A DNA stretch of 64,000 nucleotides from Histomonas meleagridis 2922-C6/04-290x (Eukaryota > Protista > Parabasalia): assembly GCA_020184695.1 (NCBI GenBank), contig JAANOX010000201.1, positions 13,718 through 77,717 on the forward strand. The letters run 5' to 3'. The notes beneath the pieces are model-generated. The model was given only the letters and a program-made list of their open reading frames with translations. It was not told where the DNA came from and did not search any database. Shown piece after piece: positions 32,601 through 43,300 of the stretch. The translations under genes and the position numbers were made by a program. Position 1 is the first letter of the stretch. The number at the start of each line of letters is the position of its first letter.

Positions 32601-34186
32601 ATTATGCATTTTATCAATGTAATTCCCTTGATACAATTATCATTGGTGATCAAGTAACACAATTAGATGTATATACATTTAATGAATGTGAAAAAATCAC
32701 AAAATTAATAATTGGAAAAAGTTTACCTTATTTAACTAATTCGATTCTTAGTAATTTTGTTAATTTACAATATTTATCTGTACAAAACATAAGTGAAATT
32801 GGATCTCGACAATTTAGAGAATGTAATGCATTAAAATCGGTAATATTATCTGATTCTATTTCGAAGATTAATTCATTTGCATTTTGTTTATGTGAATCAT
32901 TAGAATCAATTGAATTTGGTAACAACATCGAATACATTGGAACTTATGCATTTTATCAATGCAATTTGATAAAAGTTATAATTTCAAATTCTTTAAGCAA
33001 TGGTTTAATTACACTTGATAATTTCTCATTTGCTTATTGTCCACGTTTAGAATCGATTTCATTTTCTAATTCAGCGTCAATTAAATTATGTAATAATGTC
33101 TTTAGAAGATGTACTAATTTAACATCAATCGCATTACCTAATTCACTTACAACAATACCATTAAATACATTTTATGAATGTTATAACTTAAATAATGTAA
33201 TATTTGGTAATAACATCGAAACAATTGGTGATTATGCATTTTATAAATCGTCAATTACTAATATTATAATACCAAATTCTGTTAAAACACTTGGTAATGC
33301 AGTGTTTGGTGAATGTACATCATTAACTAATGTAACATTTGGAACAGGTTTAAGTTCTTTACCAACATGTGCATTTAGTAATTGTTCAAGTATAGTTAGT
33401 ATTAATATACCAACCAATATATTTACTATTGGAAATTATTCATTTTATAATTGTTCTTCACTTGTAACAGTTAACATAAGTGAAAATGTTAATTCCATTA
33501 ATGATAATTCATTTGCTTATTGTAATTCATTAAATTGTATATATTACTATGGATCTAAAGAACCACATTACATCGGAACTAATGCATTTCTAAATGTAAA
33601 AGCTAAGCAAGCTATAGTTAGTGAGTCATATATTAGCGATCAATTCGGTACATTAAAACTTAAAAAAGGTTTCGCTGAATGTGATGCATCCACTAAATTC
33701 ATTGATACTAATACAATTATTCTAATTGTTGTGCCAATAGTTTCTGTTATAGTAATAGCTGCTATAGTTGTCGTTGTGATATTTGTTATTCGAAGACGTA
33801 ATTTTATAGAACTTCGTAAAAATTTAAGAAACACTTTGATAGAAGATGAAGAACCACAAAATAATAATAAAAATAAGAAATATGAAGAAAAGAAGAAGTT
33901 ACAAGAATTAAAGGATAAGGAAGAACAACAATTTTACGCGAAGACTCCTTATGATAAAGATGCTGAATTAGCTCCGCCTAAAGTGAAACAACCAACAAAT
34001 GTGGATAACCCGTATTTGGATGTATACGAAGAAAGACCTTATATAGAGAATACGAATTCAAATCCTTATGCAAACGGTTGTCAAAATGATTACAATTCAA
34101 TTAGTGGTTCCAGATATGGTGATATGGCATCTCCTTATAGCAGCAATTATGCTAACCCACCAAACCATTCCGAATTTTTCCTATAA
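29696..34186 (+). CDS. BspA-like TpLRR leucine-rich-repeat surface protein (type I membrane)
   Basis: Signal-like MLLGFLFVTSIFP; dozens of IxxxAFxxCxxLxxIxIPxxV repeats; TM IIILIVVPIVSVIVIAAIVVVVIFVI; cytosolic tail with NPY motifs. Confidence 0.95.
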   Translation: MLLGFLFVTSIFPCEIKSDDTLVITDKSTISQSDYLTKKDSTQSLIISTGVYTIGTNAFFGWPSLTSVTIGDSVTEIKDTAFSSCFFLENVLFSEGKSLRNIGNSVFSSCIKLASISLPNALTTLGTEVFSGCTSLKTAVLGSNVQNIGDKLFYLCTSLESATIDCKAASIGVSAFEKCSLLASITIPNTVSSLGEYSFAQCKSLQTVQIPSLVTLIPPNAFEECSLKSVTLLNVETIDSNAFSQCTSLVSITLPETLTTINENAFYSCRSLTEVVLPSRLATLGQEAFYSCSGLKSLTIQSNINSFGNRVFQYCQSLVTINMTKLILIPKTTFSYCNSLMSISIPSTVLTIEQYAFEQCTKLSEISFEEGISSISSYSFSYCTSLKEVILPNSLQSLGINAFFQCTSLTKFVLGDKITSFSLNVISGCNSVKYITLGKGITSIGSSEFESLKSLVTIELLGDVTIISSSAFKNCEKLESISALNSLTTLGSNAFDGCSALKSITIGSTLKYIDQYTFNDCSSLETISLGYGINTFSKYAFANCRKLNVFTFPSQLKTIEENAFRYCESLVEVSIPNSVTYIGNNAFYLCISLTNFVLGDGMKTFSRFILTGCISLKYVTFGQGITSIADELFSSFTSLETVILYGQVTEIGKYSFANCTNLKSITSQNSITSIGSHAFIGCTSLESFTSTLITSIGSYAFCDCVSFKIIMFPYLETIEEGAFYGCNRITELSIPNTVTTLGDKSFYSCKGLNKLTISSNISSFGIEVFRCCENLTSVSISEITSIPSYIFASCTSLPTISFNNNLETICSYAFINCTKLNNITFPTSLTTIEEEAFSGCNNINELTITNLNSIGNRTFYSCKGLTKLEINTEITDFGTEVFSNCENLITISLSTLRNIPMYTFYSCTSLQSISIPSSITIIKEYAFSKCTKLNNIYFSEGLQTIEDYAFSYCAIKELIFPNSLRNVSYYAFYQCNSLDTIIIGDQVTQLDVYTFNECEKITKLIIGKSLPYLTNSILSNFVNLQYLSVQNISEIGSRQFRECNALKSVILSDSISKINSFAFCLCESLESIEFGNNIEYIGTYAFYQCNLIKVIISNSLSNGLITLDNFSFAYCPRLESISFSNSASIKLCNNVFRRCTNLTSIALPNSLTTIPLNTFYECYNLNNVIFGNNIETIGDYAFYKSSITNIIIPNSVKTLGNAVFGECTSLTNVTFGTGLSSLPTCAFSNCSSIVSINIPTNIFTIGNYSFYNCSSLVTVNISENVNSINDNSFAYCNSLNCIYYYGSKEPHYIGTNAFLNVKAKQAIVSESYISDQFGTLKLKKGFAECDASTKFIDTNTIILIVVPIVSVIVIAAIVVVVIFVIRRRNFIELRKNLRNTLIEDEEPQNNNKNKKYEEKKKLQELKDKEEQQFYAKTPYDKDAELAPPKVKQPTNVDNPYLDVYEERPYIENTNSNPYANGCQNDYNSISGSRYGDMASPYSSNYANPPNHSEFFL
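33124..33340. repeat. 217-bp tract near-identical (inverted) to 41281-41497 in the other BspA gene
   Basis: 4 mismatches by manual alignment, within otherwise clearly diverged paralogs. Confidence 0.88.
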
Positions 34187-34739
34187 CACTTTTTGAGTAA
34201 ACATTGATCGGTGAGATGTCATTTTTTATGTGAACGACCGTTAAAATATTGTCATTGAAGTTGATAACTTGCAATGTAATTACATGTGTGTGACCAAATA
34301 TTGGATTAATTTCAAACATGTGTTAGTTGTATTTTGATTATAATGAGTTTTAGTGGTAAAAGAATAAGTCAAATTTGACCCAGGAGATTACAACACATCA
34401 CTTCCTTACCGTTTTTCATCTGTTGAGCTTTATCTTTGTGTTTATATTGTAACTCTCAAAATTATTTTGTTTTTGTTGAGTAATGTATTGTCTATAGTAT
34501 TAAAGAATTTTTGATTTTAAAAATTAATCCGTTAAATGAAATATTTCGTACTCATTCAATGAATTCAATTCGAAATGTATCTATTGATATATATATATAT
34601 ATTTCACAATATTCATTTTCGACATGTCATCAACTAAAATTATGAGAAATTCATGAAAACATTAGGTATATTTCTAATTATTCATTTATTATGACAATTT
34701 CACCTATTATTTAAAATTAATTCTTTTGTTAATGTTTTA

Positions 34740-35250
34740 ACGAATATTTTTGTTGTTCTACATATTTAAACACAATATTTGGATCAAAACATATTTTGGA
34801 AGAATTAACGAATGAATGTCAATCATTAATAAAATTTACACTTAAATCTTCAAATACATTTTCTAATTGGATTAAATTTTCACAATGAAATACATTTAAG
34901 AAATCGTTTTTAATTATATCATCATTAACAAGTACTTAAACATATTTATATTCAATCACATAAACAATCTCGATTTATAATATACCAATGAATTTACTAA
35001 CATTTCCATTATCTAATTTATCATTGCTGTTTGCTCAACAATCACCGCTATTATTGTTATATATTTGATTATCATTTTTCTTATCAAAATTAAACATAAG
35101 AAACATTTAATTGAAGAACAACAAGAAGAAAATTATGAACAAAGTAATTACAAAGTACATTTAAGGATATTTATAGTAAATTCTTTGATATTAAAGAACG
35201 AAAATAAATATTGGGTTGATTTTATTTTAATTTATTTCATGAAGTAAAGT
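34740..35250 (+). pseudogene. decayed C-terminal remnant of a BspA-like or other surface-protein gene
   Basis: Broken frames read NECQSL..FTLKSSNTFS..FSQ*NTF, SLTST*TYLYSIT*TISIY, then TM FIIAVCSTITAIIVIYLIIIFLI plus KIKHKKH and an acidic tail. Confidence 0.5.
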
Positions 35251-35370
35251 TTAAGATTATATTTTTCACTTTGTAAATTTCGGTTTTACAAACTCTTTGA
35301 GCTTTTTTATAAAGCTTCTTTATAAAGAGAAAAACATCGTTGTAGCGGTTTTTCCCTATCGTTTCTGTAA

Positions 35371-38064
35371 ATGGATTCTGTTTCGTTTCTCCCGCATTTA
35401 ACACCTGAATACACGAAAACAAATTCACGGGCAATTGATTATAGTAATTGTGGTTTCATTGCTTATGCAACTGGTGCATCAATTAATTTATCTTATTTGG
35501 AAAATAATAAACTTAAACAATCTTGTCCTATTATGATTCCTTCTTCAACAATAACATGTCTTAAATTTCACCAAGAAAAGCCGATTCTTGCTGTTGGTGA
35601 TGCGAAAGGTCAAATTTATTTTGTAGATATTCATACTAAAAATATTACAATTTCTGCACGGTCCAAAAGCCATGAATCAGTTCTTGTTGTTGACTGGAAA
35701 GATGATGTACTTTTAGCTCTTTTTTCACACTCCAAATTTATTGGTGTTTCTTTCAAAAACAACAGTGTCTTATGGAAAATTATTCTTTCAAATCAGTTTA
35801 CTTCATTTTCCATTGGACCTCATTTTGGAAACAATATTCTTTTTAGTGGGAGAACTCCAATTTTTTCCATTTATAATTATTCCAATAATGAACAAAGTCC
35901 AGAACCACTTTATGAAGCAATCAAACTCACAACCAATGAAGACATTATAGATTTACAGTGGTCTCTTCATCTTCCAGGATATATATTTATTCTTTTATCA
36001 GGCGAAATTCTATATTTCCACATAGCTACACGATCTCTCATTACCATTGTTCCTCAACGTCTTACATCCTCTAGTTTTGAGTTTTTACTTCAACTTCCAT
36101 CTGATCACACTCGATTTATTACATTTTTAAGAAACGGCGGAATATCGATTTTTAAGACAACTAATGATGTAACATTTGATTTAATACAAGATTCACAACC
36201 TTATTGTCAACAAGGACATATAGTATCAGCTACATGTTCACCATTTAATGACAATCACATCATTTTATTCCATTCCACATTGGGAATTTCACTTTACGAT
36301 TTAACACCAAACCGCCTCATTTCATTTGACATTTCCTTCCCGTCAAAAGTGACAGCGTTTGACTGTGATGGAGCACGTTATGCTTCCGGAACAAATGAAG
36401 GCTATATCATATCAGGAAGTATTTACAACAATGAAGAAAGCAAACGATTCAAAGTTAGTGAAAATGAAATAACATTTATTAGTTTTGATACACCAAATTC
36501 TCGAATCTTTTGGGAATCACAAGGAAAACTTGGTGTTATCGACATTCCACATTGCAAAGTTGAAACATATTTGACTAAAGCTACAAAAATATTACGATGT
36601 TTCGGATCAAGACGTGGCGCATTAATAGTTCAACGAGATTTACAAGCTTTAGGTATCTTCATCGAAGGCAAAGAACGACCATTACTATTCGACATCGAGG
36701 TAAAAGATGTTTCTATTGATGAAGAAGTCAGTAATTCGTCGACAGGATCATTTTGCGTATTATTAAAGAATCAAGAACTTCATTTCTACAAGTATTCCAT
36801 CAAAAATGGAGTTGAAATTTCCACCAAAGGATTAAAACCACGTGGTTTGAACATCGAACCATTAAGTTTTAGTCGGAATAATGATATATTTGTAACAGGC
36901 TTTACTAATGGCTTGTTATTATTTTATAATACGGCAACACAAAAGACGTTCCGATACTCCACAAATTTTTCGAATTTACGGTCGTTAACATTTTCAAATG
37001 ATTCGACATTCTTATTTGGGTTATGTAAAGAAAGCACCTTATTTAAGGTAAACGTAAGCAATGGCAACATTAACATCTGTCCATATAGCATATATAAGTA
37101 TAAACTCATCGACAATAATTACTTGATGACAATGTTTAATGACCAATCAATTCGACTTATTGATTCGAATTGGAATTCTGTTTGGAACGTAACACAATAT
37201 TCACCGGTTCCTTCCGAAAAGCAAATGATCAATAATTTCATCAGAAATCAAAACTCATTATATTTGAGCCCTAAGACACGTGACTTATGGCAAAGTTTAA
37301 CCAATGATAATAATGTTCGACTTCAAGCACGTTTTAGTGTTGGTAAAAAGGGATTATATGAAACTATAAATTGTAAGTTATTACAATTAATCCCGAATAA
37401 TTCATCAATATCATTAGTCTCTAAGTTAAACTCATTGATTTTCATCGATAAATTTGATGAAGCTTCTGAGTTATTACTCGAAAATAATTCTGTGAACGAT
37501 AAAAGTTATTTTGAGTCGTCACTTTTGGCGGCCGTTATGATTCAAATCCAAAACGGTTTCAATGAAAAAGTTCAAGCTCACTTGAAGACGTCTGGAATCT
37601 CATTGTTTGAGGCCGGGAAGTTCGAAGAAGGTTCGATATTGTTTCGTATTGGGAAACTCGATAAGATTGCTGTGGCATCGTTGATAGATTATGGACAAGA
37701 TGAATTAGCTATTAGATTTATGAGAAGTTGTTTGGATGTAAATGATTTGAGAAAATTTGCGTTTAAATTCGCATGTAAATACATTGAGGAGAATAATGAG
37801 TTGAAATGTTTGCCGTTTTTGGTGGCGGCAAATGAATTCCAACCAATTTTGCAAATCTTGAAAAACAAAAATTTGATCTGTGACGCGTATTTTGTGATGA
37901 AGTATTTGATGAGGAATAATTTGTTGAATGAAATTAATGAGCAAAATAAGAAATTGTTGCCGATGCAGCTGACGGAGTTGAATTTGTTGTGTGACGAAAT
38001 AGAAAAATGTTTCGGAGAGTTACTAAATGAATTAGGTATAAAAATGGAAGAAGTTAGGATTTGA
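35371..38064 (+). CDS. WDR11: WD40-repeat protein, WDR11-like
   Basis: N-terminus NSRAIDYSNCGFIAYA resembles WDR11 N..A.DW...LIAYG; C-terminus (EASELLLE...SLLAA...GKFEEGSILFRIGK..A...L.DYG...A) matches the WDR11 helical end. Confidence 0.72.
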   Translation: MDSVSFLPHLTPEYTKTNSRAIDYSNCGFIAYATGASINLSYLENNKLKQSCPIMIPSSTITCLKFHQEKPILAVGDAKGQIYFVDIHTKNITISARSKSHESVLVVDWKDDVLLALFSHSKFIGVSFKNNSVLWKIILSNQFTSFSIGPHFGNNILFSGRTPIFSIYNYSNNEQSPEPLYEAIKLTTNEDIIDLQWSLHLPGYIFILLSGEILYFHIATRSLITIVPQRLTSSSFEFLLQLPSDHTRFITFLRNGGISIFKTTNDVTFDLIQDSQPYCQQGHIVSATCSPFNDNHIILFHSTLGISLYDLTPNRLISFDISFPSKVTAFDCDGARYASGTNEGYIISGSIYNNEESKRFKVSENEITFISFDTPNSRIFWESQGKLGVIDIPHCKVETYLTKATKILRCFGSRRGALIVQRDLQALGIFIEGKERPLLFDIEVKDVSIDEEVSNSSTGSFCVLLKNQELHFYKYSIKNGVEISTKGLKPRGLNIEPLSFSRNNDIFVTGFTNGLLLFYNTATQKTFRYSTNFSNLRSLTFSNDSTFLFGLCKESTLFKVNVSNGNINICPYSIYKYKLIDNNYLMTMFNDQSIRLIDSNWNSVWNVTQYSPVPSEKQMINNFIRNQNSLYLSPKTRDLWQSLTNDNNVRLQARFSVGKKGLYETINCKLLQLIPNNSSISLVSKLNSLIFIDKFDEASELLLENNSVNDKSYFESSLLAAVMIQIQNGFNEKVQAHLKTSGISLFEAGKFEEGSILFRIGKLDKIAVASLIDYGQDELAIRFMRSCLDVNDLRKFAFKFACKYIEENNELKCLPFLVAANEFQPILQILKNKNLICDAYFVMKYLMRNNLLNEINEQNKKLLPMQLTELNLLCDEIEKCFGELLNELGIKMEEVRI

Positions 38065-38379
38065 TGTAATAAATAATGTTATGTTTTCACATATTTTTCT
38101 ATTAGAAAATAATATCAAATCAATGAAAATGAACTTACTGAAATATTTAAATTCACTTCAAATGTAATAAGAAGTTGTAAATTCACTTTCGTTAGCTTAA
38201 TTTCATATATTATTATAATAAGTACTTTGGGAACTAAAAAAATTTTACATTAATTCTCAAGATAAATAATGTTTACAATGCATTATAATGGTTATGAATT
38301 AAAGAAAAAAATAATCGAAACATATATTTATTAACAATATCTCAAATTCACTCTGTGCTATGTAAAAACAGACAAAAGT

Positions 38380-38943
38380 TTAAATATCATATATACCACG
38401 TATTTTAACTTGTTCAATGAGCCAGTCCAATCCTTCGAAAACTCCATCTCCAGTTTTTGCGCTTGCCCCTTGAACTTTCCATATAAGACCTTGAATAGCA
38501 TTAAGCTGAAGTAATTCTCCAATTTCGCTTGGTGGGTGTGAATTTGGAAGATCTTGCTTGTTTGGATATATATGCAAAATGGGATTTGGCATTTCGATCT
38601 TTTCTAAAAAGTGTTCGTTAAGCACTTCTCGTGCTTCGTCAATTCTACATGTTTCCACAGAATTAACAACATAGATAAACCCTTGGGTACCTTTGTAATA
38701 ATGTCTCCAAAGAGGACGAAGTCTTTCACCAGTATCTCCAATGTCCAAAATTACTAATTCAAATCCTTTATACATGATATTTTCGGTATTTACCCCAACT
38801 GTAGGTATGGTATTCCAAGTAAATTCATTTAATTTAATTCTATTTAAGATTGCTGTTTTCCCTGAATCACAAAGTCCGTACATAATGATCTTAATTTTTG
38901 GTTTAGCAAAACATTTGCTGAATAGATTGGCAAAGATTTCCAT
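38380..38943 (-). CDS. atypical Arf/Arl-family GTPase
   Basis: GLCDSGKT, TIPTVGVNTE, RPLWRHYYKGTQG, NKQDLP, QGASAKTGDGVFEGLDWL; ATG at 38943 (track start is GTG); lacks Gly2 and the canonical DxxGQ. Confidence 0.9.
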   Translation of the reverse strand: MEIFANLFSKCFAKPKIKIIMYGLCDSGKTAILNRIKLNEFTWNTIPTVGVNTENIMYKGFELVILDIGDTGERLRPLWRHYYKGTQGFIYVVNSVETCRIDEAREVLNEHFLEKIEMPNPILHIYPNKQDLPNSHPPSEIGELLQLNAIQGLIWKVQGASAKTGDGVFEGLDWLIEQVKIRGIYDI

Positions 38944-39159
38944 TTCACTCTTTGAGTAGATATTTGTCACTTTTCCATTTCAATAATTTAGTCAAAATAT
39001 TGAACCAAAGTCATTGACAACAAGTTTAATTTGGGTGAGAAACTTGTAGATGAACCTGAGAAAAGAACAGTGATAAATAAACATTTGCATTTCATATAAT
39101 AAAGAGGATACATCATAAATTCACGTGTGTTGCGAGAAAAATCCGCATTGAAATCTTTT

Positions 39160-40038
39160 ATGATCGATCATTCTATAAGACCAGTCTTGGAAGGATACCT
39201 TGAAATTCCAGAAGGACTTAAGAATGGCATTGCATGTTCCATTTGCAAACATCTTGTTACAGTTATTTCCAACATTATTAAAACGAAAATCAAACCAATT
39301 CAAGTTCAAGAAGAAGCGCAAAAACTCTGTTCTAAGTTCCTTAAGATTGGGCGTGACTTTTGCAACAATATTATAACCAAATATCTCACCAAAATCACCG
39401 AACTCATTCAGCAGAAAGTTTCAATTTCCAATGTTTGCGACAAACTGAAACTTTGCGTAAGTAACAGCGATGACGATGATTCATATCTTGAACTTTATCT
39501 TGACATGGACGACAACGATTTTGTCAGTGACTTCGAACTTCCAATGAGCCTCAGCAATGCCGACACATGTTCTATCTGTGCCAAAACAGTTGGGTTTGTT
39601 ACCCAATTCTCACGCAATCATCGCACATGTGAATCTATCAAACCTTATGTCATTGCATACTGCAATAAATTAACGCCACAACTCCATGCAACTCTTTGCA
39701 AAACAATTGTCTTTACTTCTCTTGGCGGAATTTTACGATTATTCGCACAATCAGGATTTACAAAATCATCCAAACAAATCTGTGACACATTAAAGTTATG
39801 TAACGCAAATGAACCGGTGAGTAATCATGGAGGAAGCGATATGTGCATAAGTATTGTGGGAATCATACGATCAGCATATGAAAATGAATTAATGCTTGAA
39901 GCGGAGGATATTTGCGAAATGTGTCCCGCTAAACAGTATTGTTATCGTATATTTGAATATATCAATTACATTTACAACTTGTTTGATCAAGGACAAGATT
40001 CAGGTGATATTTGTAGAAGCTTTGGGGCTTATCTTTGA
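39160..40038 (+). CDS. 5'-truncated, chimeric saposin-like gene (three SapB domains, no signal peptide); may be a pseudogene
   Basis: Middle tract shared with 12750-14018; the upstream in-frame region (DEPEKR, similar to NEPGQR) is interrupted by TAA TAA and has no ATG. Confidence 0.7.
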   Translation: MIDHSIRPVLEGYLEIPEGLKNGIACSICKHLVTVISNIIKTKIKPIQVQEEAQKLCSKFLKIGRDFCNNIITKYLTKITELIQQKVSISNVCDKLKLCVSNSDDDDSYLELYLDMDDNDFVSDFELPMSLSNADTCSICAKTVGFVTQFSRNHRTCESIKPYVIAYCNKLTPQLHATLCKTIVFTSLGGILRLFAQSGFTKSSKQICDTLKLCNANEPVSNHGGSDMCISIVGIIRSAYENELMLEAEDICEMCPAKQYCYRIFEYINYIYNLFDQGQDSGDICRSFGAYL

Positions 40039-40386
40039 ATAAAAATCAAAAAATATTTTTTATAAAATCAAATATTTAATATCAATTATAGTATATATAC
40101 ATAGATATAATTTATTTCATATGAAATAAACGAGCAAAATTTGATAAGAAATTAAATTAAAGAAAGAAAATTGGAATGAACAAATAAAAACAAAAAACAA
40201 AAAACAAAAAAAAAACATAATAACTCAGCGCTAATGAAAGTTTTTAATTATCACTTTTGGGATTTTTTGATGAAACTTCATAATGAAGTTGGGAAATTAT
40301 ATCCAAAACTGATTCGCGAATAAATTTCTTAGTGAATGCGACAGTTAATACATGAAAAACAAAACAAAAAATTTCCGATTTACTAA

Positions 40387-43300
40387 CTACAGGTAATACG
40401 CGGGGTTATTTCCATAATTCTGTTCGAGTGAAGCGTACGGGTTAACATCCGCTTCATAGTTTTGGTGGTACAATTGGTACGGATTTTCTTCGAACAGTTG
40501 ATTTGGCTGCTGAGGAATTGTTTTACTTTCGGGTACATCAATTTGTTGGTTCTGAGGGAACAGTTTCACATCATTAACATTTTGCTGCGCAGTTCCTCCG
40601 TTTGCATTGTTATTATTATTGCTATCGAACAACGAATCTTGTAATGGGATATTCTTCTGCATTTGCAATTTCATTCTCTTTCTACGGATATATATAACTA
40701 CTACAAAGACTACAACAACTATAACAATTACAATGACAATTACAATGGTTATTGTAGCCGAAGAAGAAGATTGACTCGAAGAATCTTCTGCTGTTGTTTC
40801 ATCACATTCTTCAAATCCTTTTATAACTTTTAATGTACCGAAGTGATCGCCATTATATGACTCATTAACTATAACTTGATTTGTTTTTACATTTAGAAAT
40901 GCATTAGTTCCAATGTAATGCGGCTCATTTAATCCAAAGTAATATATGCAATTTAATGAATCACAATTACCAAACGAATTATCATAAATGGAATAAACAT
41001 TTTCACTTATGTTAACTGTGACAAGTGATGAACACTTTGAGAACGAATAATTTCCAATTGTTAATATGTTCGATGGTATATAAATTTCGACTAAACTTGA
41101 ACAATTACTAAATGCATGTGGCGGTAATGAATATGTTCCACTTCCAATTGTTATATTAATTAATGACGAACATCCAGAAAACACTGCATTACCAAGTGCT
41201 TTAACAGAATTTGGTATTATAACATTAGTGATTGACGATTTATAGAATGCATAATCACCAATTGTTTCGATGTTACTTCCAAATGTTACATTAGTTAATG
41301 ATGTACATTCACTAAACACTGCATTACCAAGTGTTTTAACAGAATTTGGTATTATAATATTAAAAATTAACGATTTATAAAATGCATAATCACCAATTGT
41401 TTCGATGTTATTACCAAATATTACATTATTTAAGTTATAACATTCATAAAATGTATTTAATGGTATTGTTGTAAGTGAATTAGGTAATGCGATTGATTTT
41501 AATTTATTACATCTTCTAAATATATTATCACCCAAATTATATAAAGAATTTGAAAATTTAAATGATATTAAATTATAATTATAAGCAAATGAATAATTAT
41601 TAATTGTAATAACACTATAATTATTTGATGGTTCAGGAATTTCAATTTCGATTAAATTCGCGTTATAAAATGCATATTTACCTATAGTTAATATGTTATT
41701 ACCGAATTTTATAGATTCTAAACTACTACAATAAGCAAATGCATAAGAATTAATAGTGGTAACAGAATCAGGTAATGTTACATATTTAATATATTTGCAT
41801 TCATAAAATTGTTTTGTACTAATTTCATCCAAATTTTTGATTATTAAATTATTCAAATAAGTAAATGAATTAATTTGCGTATTAGTTAAATATTGTAAAC
41901 TTTTTCCAATTATTAATTTTGTGATTTTTTCACATCCTGATAATGAATAAGTGTTAAATTGTTTAATATTATCACCAATTGTTAAAGATGTTATATATTT
42001 ACATTTATAAAACGCATAATTATTAATTGTCTTAAGTGAATTTGGTAAAACTAATTCAGTAATTATACAGCCACTAAATGCATATTGTCCAATTGTTTCA
42101 AGTCCTTCGGAAAAGATAATGTGCGATAATTTAATGCAATTAGAAAATGCATATGAATCAATTAATTTCAAATTATTACCAAATTTCATTGTTGTTAATG
42201 ATTCACATTCAGAAAATGCAAATGAACCAATGGAACTAACTGAATTTGGTAATGTAATGTCCTTTAAATTAGAACAATATTGAAAAGCTAATGAACCAAT
42301 TTCGGTAACATTACCTTTGATTTCAACACGAATTAATGATTCAAATGATTTAAGTGCTGAAGATCCAATTGTAGTTATGCCTTTGCCTAACGTTAAATAT
42401 TTTAATGATTTCGTACTGCTTGGAAATATACTTGTACTTAATTTCGTAACACCATCACCAAACACAATTGTGTCTATTGCAAGACATTGATAAAACACAT
42501 TTTCCCCAATTGTTGTGAGTGAGTTTGGAAATATTACTTCAGTGAGTATGCATCGACTAAATGCATATTGTTCAATTGTTTTAAGTCCTTCAGAAAAGCT
42601 AATGCGCGATAATTTAGTGCAATAAGAAAATGATGATTCACCAATTGTAATTATATTATTTCCAAAATGCATTGCTTCTAACGATACACAATCAGCAAAT
42701 GCAAGAGAATTAATGTACTTAACTGAATTTGGTAATGTAATATCCTTTAAATTAGAACAATATTGAAAAGCTGACGAACCAATTTCGGTAACATTACCTT
42801 TGATTTCAACACGAATTAATGATTCAAATGATTTAAGTGCTGAAGATCCAATTGTAGTTATGCCTTTGCCTAACGTTAAATATTTTAATGATTTCGTACT
42901 GCTTGGAAATATACTTGTACTTAATTTCGTAACACCATCACCAAACACAATTGTGTCTATTGCAAGACATTGATAAAACACATTGTCTCCAATTGTTGTG
43001 AGTGAATTTGGTAATATTACTTCTGAAAGAATTTCACAATGTTGAAATGCGTATCTTCCAATACTTTCAAGTCCTTCTGTAAAGTTAAGTTTAGTTAATT
43101 TATTACAATATGAAAATGAATAATCTTCAATTGTTTTAACATAACTTGATAAATTAATATTTGTTAATGATTCGCAATAAGAAAATGCATTTTGTGGTAT
43201 CGTTTCTGCTTTTAATATTGTAATTGTTGTTAATTTTTTACAACCTCCAAATACATCTGTGCCAAAAGTTGTTATATTTGATTTAATTGTTAACGCAGTT

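Noticed and set aside
40382-40392. ACTAACTACAG resembling a trichomonad branch point plus 3' splice site on the + strand
   Set aside because: It overlaps the stop codon of the minus-strand BspA gene, and there is no + strand ORF to splice; probably coincidental.
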